Program-made: the position numbers and the translations under genes
Notes under the pieces: model-generated
Seen by the model: only the letters and a program-made list of their open reading frames with translations
The model's database searches: none
Told to the model about the DNA's origin: nothing
DNA from: an uncultured Verrucomicrobiae bacterium
Lineage (GTDB): Bacteria; Verrucomicrobiota; Verrucomicrobiia; Chthoniobacterales; JAATET01
Direction: 5' to 3'
Length of the DNA stretch: 64,000 nucleotides
NCBI GenBank assembly: GCA_963719495.1
Contig: CAVRCI010000013.1
Coordinates: 320,001-384,000 of the forward strand
Shown: piece after piece, positions 29,149-37,422 of the stretch
Numbering within the stretch: position 1 is the stretch's first letter
Layout of the letters: each line of letters opens with the position of its first letter

Positions 29149-30482
29149 GGTATGAACCGAGGACATAGGTGACAGATTGACCGAGGACATGGGTGACAGT
29201 TCAGGGTGGTGAATGCCCTGGCAAAACGAGTCACCGATGGAACAGAAACAGAGATTTGTAAGTTTGCTGACGAGCGACCGGTTCACGATGGTGGAGCTGT
29301 GCGAAAGTTTCGGCATCTCGCGCAAGACGGGTCACAAGTGGAAGGCGCGATACGAGGCCCACGGGATGGGCGGACTAGAGGATTGGAGCCGGGCCCCGAA
29401 GACGGTGACGAGCAGGACAGAAGAAGCGGTGGAGCGGCTGATTGTGGCCGAAAAGCGGTTACATCCGACGTGGGGGCCGAAGAAGATCCAGCGAGTGCTC
29501 GAAGTGAAGCACGAAGTGGATCGTTTACCGGTCGTAAGCACGGTGGGAGAGGTTCTCAAGCGGCACGGGCTGGTGAAGGCGCGCAAGCGGCGAGGAGGCC
29601 TCTTCACGGTGGAACGAGGGACGCTGACGCCGCCGGAACGCTGTAACCACGTGCTCGGAGTGGACTACAAGGGATGGTTCCTGCTGGGTGACGGCGAGCG
29701 TTGCGATCCGTTGACGGTGAGCGATCTGCACAGTCGATACCTGATGAAAGCGGAGGCGATGCCGGACATGACGGTAAAGTGGACGCAGCGCGAGTTCCGC
29801 AGTGTATTCAAGCGCTACGGGCTGCCGGAGATCATTCGCGTGGACAATGGCTCCCCGTTCGCGTCGATGGGACCAGCGGGATTGAGCAGACTGAGCGTGT
29901 GGTGGATCGGATTGGGTATCGAAGTGCAGTTCAGCCGACCTGGCTGTCCGCAGGACAACGGCTGCCACGAACGGATGCATCGCACGATGAAGGCCGAATG
30001 CTGTCAGCCGGGAAGCGCGAACCGTTGGGCCCAACAGCAACGTTTTGACCGGTGGCGCAGAGTCTTTAACGACGAGCGTCCGCACGAGGGCATCGGCATG
30101 AGGACACCGGCGCAAGCCTATCAACCCTCCCTGCGCCGGTTGGACGAACGCATCAAACCTGCGCTCTACGAGGCAGGGGTGGAAACCAAGCGGGTGAACA
30201 AAGCAGGCTTCATCTCCTTGAATGGAAACAACTGCTTCGTCGGCGAGTCACTGATCGGCGTCGATGTGGCCGTGGAGGAATCGCCGGAGACAGGGCTGCT
30301 GGCCGTTCGATATGCCAATGTGAAGCTCGGGTGGCTGGATCGGACTCCCAACGCTCGGCTCCGGCCTACGGCCTACGCCGAGCGTTGGGAGTCGAAGCTT
30401 GCTCCCGCAAGCCATGAAAACTAACCCTCTAAGTGTTACCTATGTGGTCGGTTTATCTGTAACCAATGTTCCCGTTCATACC
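29149..30482 (+). mobile_element. IS481 family element
   Basis: About 50-bp imperfect TIRs (GGTATGAAC...GTTCATACC) with internally repeated binding boxes. No target duplication seen. Confidence 0.88.
29213..30424 (+). CDS. IS481 family transposase
   Basis: MPW start, FGISRKTGHKW HTH, WGPKKI, and rve core motifs DYKG, RVDNG and QDNGCHERMHRT. Confidence 0.93.
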   Translation: MPWQNESPMEQKQRFVSLLTSDRFTMVELCESFGISRKTGHKWKARYEAHGMGGLEDWSRAPKTVTSRTEEAVERLIVAEKRLHPTWGPKKIQRVLEVKHEVDRLPVVSTVGEVLKRHGLVKARKRRGGLFTVERGTLTPPERCNHVLGVDYKGWFLLGDGERCDPLTVSDLHSRYLMKAEAMPDMTVKWTQREFRSVFKRYGLPEIIRVDNGSPFASMGPAGLSRLSVWWIGLGIEVQFSRPGCPQDNGCHERMHRTMKAECCQPGSANRWAQQQRFDRWRRVFNDERPHEGIGMRTPAQAYQPSLRRLDERIKPALYEAGVETKRVNKAGFISLNGNNCFVGESLIGVDVAVEESPETGLLAVRYANVKLGWLDRTPNARLRPTAYAERWESKLAPASHEN

Positions 30483-30536
30483 GAGGGGTCGGTCATTCAT
30501 CGCTGAGGGGTCGGTCATTCATATTGGCACATTTGG
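30483..30536 (+). repeat. GGGGTCRG-family element D with 18-bp duplication
   Basis: GAGGGGTCGGTCATTCAT x2 (4-bp spacer), then ATTGGCACATTTGGAG. Confidence 0.7.
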
Positions 30537-30623
30537 AGACGAGGGCATCAGTGTATAAAATGCTCGTGGCCGTGCTGATCCGGGCAGCATGCAGACGGAT
30601 GGAGTGGTTCCACTTTGAGCGAT

Positions 30624-30938
30624 TCACGCGGCGAGCGCTGCACAGCGCTCAATCTGTGGGCGGCTAGCTGCGTCTCGGGCTAGGCGGCGGAGGTCGTATT
30701 GGGATTGGGCGTTCATCCAGAATTGCGCGGTCATGCCGAAGTAAGTACCCAGACGGAGCGCGGTGTCGGGGGTGAGCGAGCGGGTGCCAGCCACGATTTG
30801 ACCGACAGCCGTGGGGCTGATTCCGATGTCTTTGGCGACTCGGTAGTTCGTGAGTCCCAACGGGACCATGAATTCTTCCTTGAGGATCTCGCCGGGAGTG
30901 ACCGGCGACAGCTTGGTGTCGGGTGCTTTGGTTTTCAT
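30624..30938 (-). CDS. higA: HigA family antitoxin
   Basis: PGEILKEEFM, TPDTALRL and FWMNAQSQYDL motifs. Confidence 0.93.
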   Translation of the reverse strand: MKTKAPDTKLSPVTPGEILKEEFMVPLGLTNYRVAKDIGISPTAVGQIVAGTRSLTPDTALRLGTYFGMTAQFWMNAQSQYDLRRLARDAASRPQIERCAALAA

Positions 30939-30946
30939 TCTGTTGA

Positions 30947-31228
30947 TCAGTGGTAATCGACGATCTCGACTTCCGCCGGACCCGCGTCGGTCCAGCGAAA
31001 GCAGACGCGCCATTGTTGGTTGACTCGGATGCTGTGTTGCCCCTTGCGGTCACCTTTGAGCGCTTCGAGGCGGTTCCCGGGTGGCACTCGGAGGTCGTCG
31101 ACTGCCGCGGCGATATCGAGCATCACGAGCTTGCGCAGCATCATCGGCTGCAGATTCCCGGGTAGCTTGCGGGAGCGAGTTTCTCCGAAGATTTTTTTCG
31201 CCTCCTTGCACGCGAATCCTTGAATCAC
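30947..31228 (-). CDS. higB: HigB (RelE/ParE superfamily) toxin
   Basis: DLRVPPGNRLEALKGDRKGQHSIRVNQQWRVCF and IVDYH motifs. Confidence 0.95.
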   Translation of the reverse strand: MIQGFACKEAKKIFGETRSRKLPGNLQPMMLRKLVMLDIAAAVDDLRVPPGNRLEALKGDRKGQHSIRVNQQWRVCFRWTDAGPAEVEIVDYH

Positions 31229-31233
31229 GAGAT

Positions 31234-31262
31234 ACGTTAACGCGAAGCGTTAATATGGTCAA
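31234..31262 (-). promoter_or_regulatory. higBA promoter with palindromic operator
   Basis: TTGACC-N17-TAACGT on the minus strand, with palindrome TTAACGC-GAA-GCGTTAA at 31237-31253. Confidence 0.7.
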
Positions 31263-31371
31263 CAACGATCATCACGCGCGGCGTTATTGTGGAGGGACTG
31301 CCGACGTCGCCTAGGAATTAAACGAATTCATGACGGTCGTGGCGGTGGCGGTCCGGCGGTCACCGAGCGAC

Positions 31372-31394
31372 CATCGGCTGGAAGCCGATGCCAC
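31372..31394 (-). repeat. REP-like hairpin CATCGGCTGGAAGCCGATGCCAC
   Basis: Inverted copy of the 9392 family. Confidence 0.8.
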
Positions 31395-31528
31395 TTGATT
31401 GGGACGTTGCTGTTCAATCTCTAAGTCTGAATCTATTCGGGACGGTAGGGTGATGTCCCCCCGTCAAATTCGGGGAAATTGAATTTTTTAGCGTGTTTAG
31501 CGTGTTTAGCGGGCAAAATCAGGGGGGT

Positions 31529-34500
31529 TCAGCGCTCGGGGACTTCGATGATGGTTTCGGTATCGGGGGTTGGGGGGGCGTCCTGATTCTCGATCAAGTC
31601 CCAGATTTTGCGGAGGGTTTCCGGATTGATGGCGACTCGTTTGCTGGTGGTCGGCGCCGCTGGGGCGGGTTGGCGGGTGCTGGTTTCGATGGTTTCGCGG
31701 ATGCTGGCGAGTTGACGGACGACTTGGGTGACCGGGTCGTTTCCGTCGCCGCCTTGGACGAGGAGGTTGCGGGTGAAGGTCTTCTTAATGTCGTTCCAGC
31801 GCTGGCTGTCCTCGGGCGTGAGTTGGCCGAGGAGTTCGCGGAGTTTGAGGAGGTTGGACTCGGCTCCGGTGGTGAGGGTCTGGGCTTCGTTGCGGTAGTG
31901 GTCGGCGATGAGGTCGGTGAGTTCGGCGTCGTTCATGACGGGGACGACCTTTTCCGCCAGGCGGTTCAGGTTGCGGTAGCTACCTTGGAGGAGGAACGGG
32001 GGTTCGGTGCGGTAGGCGTCCGCCTGGCCGGCGGAGCGGATGTATTCGGCGTTGACGGTGAGGATGACGTCCCGGATGCGGATGAGCTTGCGCATGACCG
32101 CCACCAAGTCCTCGAGTTCGCGGGCGGAGTAGCTGCCTTCGAGTTCGATTCCCTCCGATTCGTCGCCGGAGGCCATTGCGATGATGCCGAGGATGTCGGT
32201 GCGGGAGCGGGTCGCGAGGGGGTTGAGGAGGGCGTTGGAGGTGAGGGCGTTTTCGAGGTAGCTGAGTTTGAAGGCGTCAAGGTTGGCGCCGGTGGCGAGG
32301 TCGCCGAGATTGTAGGTGTCGGCGCGGTTGGCGAGCATGTCGGGGATGCGGAACTTTTCGCCGCTCTCGGTGTAGGGGTTGCCGGCCATGACGACGGCGA
32401 CTTTGCGTCCGCGCAGGTCGTAGGTGCGAGCCTCTCCATTGTGGACGCCTTCGATGCGGCGCTGGCCGTCGCAGAGGGAGATGAACTTCTGGAGGAACTC
32501 CGGGGCGCAGTGCTGGATGTCGTCGAGGTAGATCATGACGTTGTCGCCCATCTCGAAGGCGAGGTTCAATTTGATCAATTCCTCGCGCGACGCGGCGTTC
32601 GGGGCTTCGGCGGGATCGAGGGAGGTGACGGCGTGGCCGATGGACGGGCCGTTGATCTTCATGAAGACGACGCCGAGGCGGTTGGCGACGTATTCCATGA
32701 GGGTCGTCTTGCCGTAGCCGGGGGGCGAGACGAGGAGGAGGAGGCCCATGCGGTCGGTCCGGGTGTTCTCCCCGGCGGTGCCCATCTGTTTGGCGAGGTT
32801 CGCGCCGATGAGCGGGAGGAAGACGCGGTCGACGAGCTGGTTGCGGACGAAGGACGAGAGGACGCGGGCGGCAAATTGCTCGGGGCGGAGGCGGCGCCTG
32901 GCGTCGTCGACGGCGCGGCGCTTGGCGGCCTGGAAGCGCTCGAAGGCGGGGACGGTCTCGTCGGCGTGACGGCCGAGGCGGTCGATGAAGTCGAGGTAAT
33001 CGAGGCGGATGGTGCCGTTCTCGACGGTGGGGTGCTGGCCGAGGATGGGGGCGATCTGAGCCTCGAGCGTGACGTCGACGATCTCGGCGTTGTCGCGTTG
33101 GAGGAGGAGGACGATTTCGTCGCGGTAGCGGTTCTCTGGCCCGGCGGACGCGACGCGAGAGGGCGACGGACCCTTCGGCGAAGGGTCCCTACCGTGGGTG
33201 GGGGCTGCCAGGAATCCGCCCACCCAATCGCGCAGTATCTCAAAATCGTCGTCCACCGAAGCCCGGAGCGCGGCGAAGCGGTCGTCGGCCTTTTGCTCGG
33301 CGAGCGACTTGACGAACTGGCCGCGCAGCGATGCGGCGTCCTGACTGAAACGGAAGGTTTTGTCGCCGGTGAGGACGTCGAACAGATACGCGGCCGCGGC
33401 TGGCGCGGTCGTGGTGTCGAAGTGGGGGGCTTCGCGGCAGATGGCATCGAGGCGGGCGAGGTAGTCGGTCGGTCGGTTGCTCGTCGGGTAGAGCGCGCGC
33501 ATGGCGCCGAAGCTGGCGAGCTGCTGGCGGAGCGTTTCGTCGGGGTGCGCTTCCCACGCGACGACTCCGTGGGCGCGGGCGGGCGGGGCGTGGCGGAGGG
33601 TGCCGATGGACGCGTGAATTTCGGTTAATGCGGTGAGGATGAGGGTGGCGTCGTGGTCGTGGACGCCCTTGACGTAGCCTTCGGCGTAGCGGGGGGCCAT
33701 GAAGTCGGCGACCCATTCGGGGGACACGGTCGAGGGGGCGGGACGCCCCCTCCCCTCTTGATCCAGTGCGCGGAGGCACTGGTAGGCGAGGTATTCCGCG
33801 CGGTAGACGGTGGGGGATTCGGAGGGGACTTCGAGGTCCCAGTGGGGTTCGAGGGCGGTGAGTTCGGGGTCGGTGATGGGCGCGAAGTAACGGGTGCCGG
33901 TGAGGTGGATGGCGAGGTGGTCGGCGCGGCGGAGGACGGTGAGTTCGACGGGCTGGACGTTGACGTTGAAGTGGTGGGGGCCGAAGGCGATGACGTTGTC
34001 GCCGCCGACGAACAGTTCCCTTCTGTCGCGGAGTTGGCGGACGGCGTTTTCGCGGATTGTTTTGAGTTCGCTCTGGATGCCGTCGGCTTTAATGGGGTCG
34101 CCGAGGTCGAGGAGCTGGGTGACGACGTCGCGGAGGCGGTCGACCATTTGGTCGGAGGCGTAGAAGCCGTTGATCTCGGGGACGCCGGGGAGCGAATCGA
34201 CGCGGTGGGCGATGCTGTTGAGGAGCCGGTCGGCGACGGATTGGAGGGCGGTGGCGCGGCGGTTGCGGGCGTCGACGAGGGCGAGCTTCCGGGCCTCGAA
34301 GGCGCTCTGGATCTCGGTGCGCTTCTCGGTGAGCTGGATGAGGTATTCGTCGGTGTCGGCGAAGCGGCTCTCGAGTTCTTCGACCTGGACGAGGAGGCGG
34401 TTGAGGAGGTCGTCGCACTTGTCGGGGGTGTCGCAGCGCTCGATGGAATTTGCGACGGCCTGGCCGATGAGGCGGAGCTGGGCGGCGAATTGGGCGGCGT

Positions 34501-36538
34501 CTTCGGTGGCTCGGAGGTCGCGCAGGCGCTGGCGGAGGCGGGCGAGGATCTGGTTGAGGGTGGCGTAGATGGCCGAGATGCTCTCGACGATGCGGGTGGT
34601 CTGGGTGGCGTCGTCGATGCGGAGATTGCTGACGATCTCGATGAGGAGTTCGAGGTCGACGCCGGCTTGCTCGATGCAGGTCTCGAGGTCGCGGCCCTGG
34701 ACGACCTTTTCGACGGTGGCGGACTCGGCCGCGAGGGTGGCGGTTTTCTCGCGGTAGGGTTCGAGGGCTTCGTCGCGGAGGAGGAATTGGACGCAGTCCG
34801 CGGCGAGGGCGTCGGATTTTTCGGCTACGGCGGATTCGAACTCGGCGATGGAGTCGAGGTCGACGTAGCGGACGTCGCGGAGGGTGATGAGCTCGGCGCG
34901 GACGGTGCGGAGGTCGATGAGGGCGGCGACGTAGGCGTCGATGGACTGGAGGCTGCCGGGGATGAGGCCGTCGACGAGGGTGCGGGCGCGGGTGCCGAGG
35001 CGGTCGACCTCGGCGGCGGCGTGGCGGCGGAGCTCGAGGACTTTTTCGAATTCGTCGACGGTGCGGGCGGCGGCTTCGCGGAGGGCGGTGAGGGGCGCGG
35101 CCAGGTCGTGGGCCTCGGGGCTGTCGAGCCAGAAGTAGGCGTCGAGGAGGTCGCCAGCGCGCTTGCGGAGGTCGAGGTAGAGGCCGGCGTAGCTGTCGTC
35201 GCGGTGGAGGAGGGCGAGGATTTCGTGGGCCTCGGCCATGCAGCGGACGAGGGGGGCGTGGCCGATTTTGTAGAGGTAGGAGTCGGTGCGGGTGGCGGTC
35301 TCGTAGCCGGAGCCGGTGAAGGGGGTCTGCCAGATCTGGACGGTGTGGTGCTTCTGCGGCTCGGGGTCAGAGCGGAAGAGGGCGAGCTGGCCGTTGGCGA
35401 AGGTCGAGAAGCCGTTGCAGTGGATGGGGGTGTCGACGCGCTGGGTGATGACGTTGTAGGCCATGAGGACGTAGTCGCCGCGCTCACGGTTGTAGAAGAC
35501 GTAGAGGAAATCTTCGCGATTCGGCGACTGGATGCGGCGCTCGAAGAGCATGTCGGTCGAGTTGGCGTCGAAGAGTTTCAGCTCGCCGTTGCGGAGGTAG
35601 TAGCCGCGCGAGAAGATGATGCCGTGGTCGTCGGGGAGGAGGACGCAGGATTCCTCGATGGCGTCGACGCGGTGGATCTCGTCGAGCTTGTCGTTGAAGA
35701 CGAAGTAGCGCCACGCCTTCTCCTGGTAGGGGCGGATCCGGAGGAGGATGAGGTTGCCGAGGCTGGCGTAGAAGATTTCGGCGTCGTCGAGGGTCTGGTC
35801 GGGGTCGTCGACGGGTTCGCGGTAGAGGCCTTCGCCGGAGGTGGTGTTGTCCTCGATCTTGATCGTGAGGTCGCCGCCGATGCACTCGACGAAGAGGCGG
35901 TCGTCGACGGCGATGTGCGGGTGGACGCCGCCGCGGTGAAAGTCGCGGTGGGTGCGGGTCCACGTGAATTCGTGCTGGGGCGGGAAGATGAATTCGTGGT
36001 CGCTGCGGTTGCCGAGGTAGGTGAATTTGCCGTGGTCGAGCGCCCACTTGAAGGTCTTGATGTCGGTGATGCGGCCGCCGACGCGGAAGACCATGAAGAG
36101 GTGCGGGCCGATGAGGCCGAACTTCGCGAAGACGGTCTCGCGGTAGAATTTGAAGAGGCTCCGGAAGTCGTTCTGGAACTCGGGGTCGGCGAGGAAGTCG
36201 AGCGGGAGGGGGTGGAAGGTCTCGCCGGCCCATTCGAAGGCGGAGAAGACGTCGGCGAGTTGGGTCTCGGTGCGGAGGCCGAGGTGGACGTTGTAGCCGA
36301 GGAGGAAACGGTTGTCGCCGATGGCGACAAGGTCGCGGGGCAGGCAGTTGTTGTCGGTGGTGACGCGGTCGGTGGCGACGAGGGCGGTCTCGATGGAGCC
36401 GAAGACGGCCTGGCGGTCGGCGTTGAGGGCGTCGAGGCGGGTGCGGAGGTCGCGGCCGCAGTCGGTGAGGCGTTGGCGGAGGATCTCGTAGGTGCCGGTT
36501 TCGAGGGTTGGGGCCTCGGGTGGGGTTGGTGCCGGCAT
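31529..36538 (-). CDS. Giant coiled-coil AAA ATPase (usually labelled DNA repair ATPase)
   Basis: GTYEILRQRL N-terminus, Walker A SPPGYGKT, Walker B IYLDD and FRIPDMLANRAD. Start reset to ATG 36538. Confidence 0.85.
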   Translation of the reverse strand: MPAPTPPEAPTLETGTYEILRQRLTDCGRDLRTRLDALNADRQAVFGSIETALVATDRVTTDNNCLPRDLVAIGDNRFLLGYNVHLGLRTETQLADVFSAFEWAGETFHPLPLDFLADPEFQNDFRSLFKFYRETVFAKFGLIGPHLFMVFRVGGRITDIKTFKWALDHGKFTYLGNRSDHEFIFPPQHEFTWTRTHRDFHRGGVHPHIAVDDRLFVECIGGDLTIKIEDNTTSGEGLYREPVDDPDQTLDDAEIFYASLGNLILLRIRPYQEKAWRYFVFNDKLDEIHRVDAIEESCVLLPDDHGIIFSRGYYLRNGELKLFDANSTDMLFERRIQSPNREDFLYVFYNRERGDYVLMAYNVITQRVDTPIHCNGFSTFANGQLALFRSDPEPQKHHTVQIWQTPFTGSGYETATRTDSYLYKIGHAPLVRCMAEAHEILALLHRDDSYAGLYLDLRKRAGDLLDAYFWLDSPEAHDLAAPLTALREAAARTVDEFEKVLELRRHAAAEVDRLGTRARTLVDGLIPGSLQSIDAYVAALIDLRTVRAELITLRDVRYVDLDSIAEFESAVAEKSDALAADCVQFLLRDEALEPYREKTATLAAESATVEKVVQGRDLETCIEQAGVDLELLIEIVSNLRIDDATQTTRIVESISAIYATLNQILARLRQRLRDLRATEDAAQFAAQLRLIGQAVANSIERCDTPDKCDDLLNRLLVQVEELESRFADTDEYLIQLTEKRTEIQSAFEARKLALVDARNRRATALQSVADRLLNSIAHRVDSLPGVPEINGFYASDQMVDRLRDVVTQLLDLGDPIKADGIQSELKTIRENAVRQLRDRRELFVGGDNVIAFGPHHFNVNVQPVELTVLRRADHLAIHLTGTRYFAPITDPELTALEPHWDLEVPSESPTVYRAEYLAYQCLRALDQEGRGRPAPSTVSPEWVADFMAPRYAEGYVKGVHDHDATLILTALTEIHASIGTLRHAPPARAHGVVAWEAHPDETLRQQLASFGAMRALYPTSNRPTDYLARLDAICREAPHFDTTTAPAAAAYLFDVLTGDKTFRFSQDAASLRGQFVKSLAEQKADDRFAALRASVDDDFEILRDWVGGFLAAPTHGRDPSPKGPSPSRVASAGPENRYRDEIVLLLQRDNAEIVDVTLEAQIAPILGQHPTVENGTIRLDYLDFIDRLGRHADETVPAFERFQAAKRRAVDDARRRLRPEQFAARVLSSFVRNQLVDRVFLPLIGANLAKQMGTAGENTRTDRMGLLLLVSPPGYGKTTLMEYVANRLGVVFMKINGPSIGHAVTSLDPAEAPNAASREELIKLNLAFEMGDNVMIYLDDIQHCAPEFLQKFISLCDGQRRIEGVHNGEARTYDLRGRKVAVVMAGNPYTESGEKFRIPDMLANRADTYNLGDLATGANLDAFKLSYLENALTSNALLNPLATRSRTDILGIIAMASGDESEGIELEGSYSARELEDLVAVMRKLIRIRDVILTVNAEYIRSAGQADAYRTEPPFLLQGSYRNLNRLAEKVVPVMNDAELTDLIADHYRNEAQTLTTGAESNLLKLRELLGQLTPEDSQRWNDIKKTFTRNLLVQGGDGNDPVTQVVRQLASIRETIETSTRQPAPAAPTTSKRVAINPETLRKIWDLIENQDAPPTPDTETIIEVPER

Positions 36539-36572
36539 TTTCAAAAGGAGTGGTGGGGTGACGGTGCGGTGA

Positions 36573-36850
36573 GGTGCGATCCCTTCGGGATCGATGATCG
36601 CGCATTCACCCGCCGTGTCCCCGGGGTGTCGTGGCCTAGCGGCCGACTCAACCCCGTGCTCCTGTGGATGCCATCCCTTCGGGATGAGACGATCCCGGAG
36701 GGATCTGAGCCGCAGGAGCGCGGGATTGTGGCCCTTCGGGATGATGTGATCCCGGAGGGATTCCACCTGCGGGAGGCGGTGGTTGAGCGGAGCGACACCA
36801 CCGTGATACGGTCCGCCTCGAAAGGAATGCACCCCGGAGGGGTGCCAGCC
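36573..36850. repeat. Cluster of CCCTTCGGG/CCCGGAGGG palindromes left of the Y1 transposase
   Basis: At least six short hairpins. 36573-36667 is a direct repeat of 37307-37401. Confidence 0.85.
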
Positions 36851-36852
36851 CC

Positions 36853-37296
36853 GTGTCCACCTACCTGAGCCTCCATTACCACATCGTGTTTTCGACGAAA
36901 GGGCGGAAGCCCTGGCTCGCACCTTCGGTTCGCGTGCGGATGCACGAATACCTTGGCGGCACCGTGAAGGGACTCGGCGCCGAGACGCACGGGGTTGGCG
37001 GGACCGGGGATCACGTGCATTTGCTCGTTTCTTTGCGCGCGACTCATCGGTTGGCGGATTTCATGCGGGAGTTGAAGAAGGCGTCTTCCGCTTTCGCGAA
37101 GGAGGAATGCCGCCTGCCGGGATTCGCCTGGCAGGAGGGGTATTGCGCGATCACGGTGAGTCCGTCGGCGCGGCCTGCGGTTCACGATTACATCTCGCGG
37201 CAGGAGGAACATCACCGGACGCGGACGTTTCGCGAGGAGTTGGTCGAGGTGCTCGAGAAGGCGGGGGTGGCGTATGAGGATCGGTTTTTGGAGTGA
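36853..37296 (+). CDS. tnpA: IS200/IS605-like Y1 (HUH) transposase, no tnpB
   Basis: YHIVFSTK, DHVHLL (HUH), FAWQEGY and YISRQEEHH (catalytic Tyr). Confidence 0.92.
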   Translation: MSTYLSLHYHIVFSTKGRKPWLAPSVRVRMHEYLGGTVKGLGAETHGVGGTGDHVHLLVSLRATHRLADFMRELKKASSAFAKEECRLPGFAWQEGYCAITVSPSARPAVHDYISRQEEHHRTRTFREELVEVLEKAGVAYEDRFLE

Positions 37297-37306
37297 ACGG
37301 GCGGTG

Positions 37307-37420
37307 GGTGCGATCCCTTCGGGATCGATGATTGGGTTGCGACGGTTTGCGTCCCCGGGGTGTCGTGGCCTAGCGGCCGACTCAACCCCGCGCTCCTGTG
37401 GGTGGGATGCCTTCGGCATC
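37307..37420. repeat. Palindromic repeat unit right of the Y1 transposase
   Basis: Relative to 36573-36667: 26 identical bp, 18 variable bp, then 50/51 identical bp. Confidence 0.85.
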
Positions 37421-37422
37421 GT

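Noticed and set aside
25561..31262. Classical integron cassette array
   Set aside because: No integron integrase in the window and no attC-like RYYYAAC...GTTRRRY palindromes recognised.
31493..36868. Long plus-strand ORFs (711 and 1071 aa) and similar antisense ORFs elsewhere (1538-3313, 9637-12171, 59103-62543)
   Set aside because: Shadow ORFs of high-GC genes with no recognisable motifs.
36539..36922. 128-aa N-terminal extension of the ATPase in the ORF track
   Set aside because: It is translated repeat DNA overlapping tnpA. ATG 36538 is the plausible start.
36573..37420. CRISPR array
   Set aside because: Only two long repeat units separated by a gene, no regular repeat-spacer series and no cas genes.
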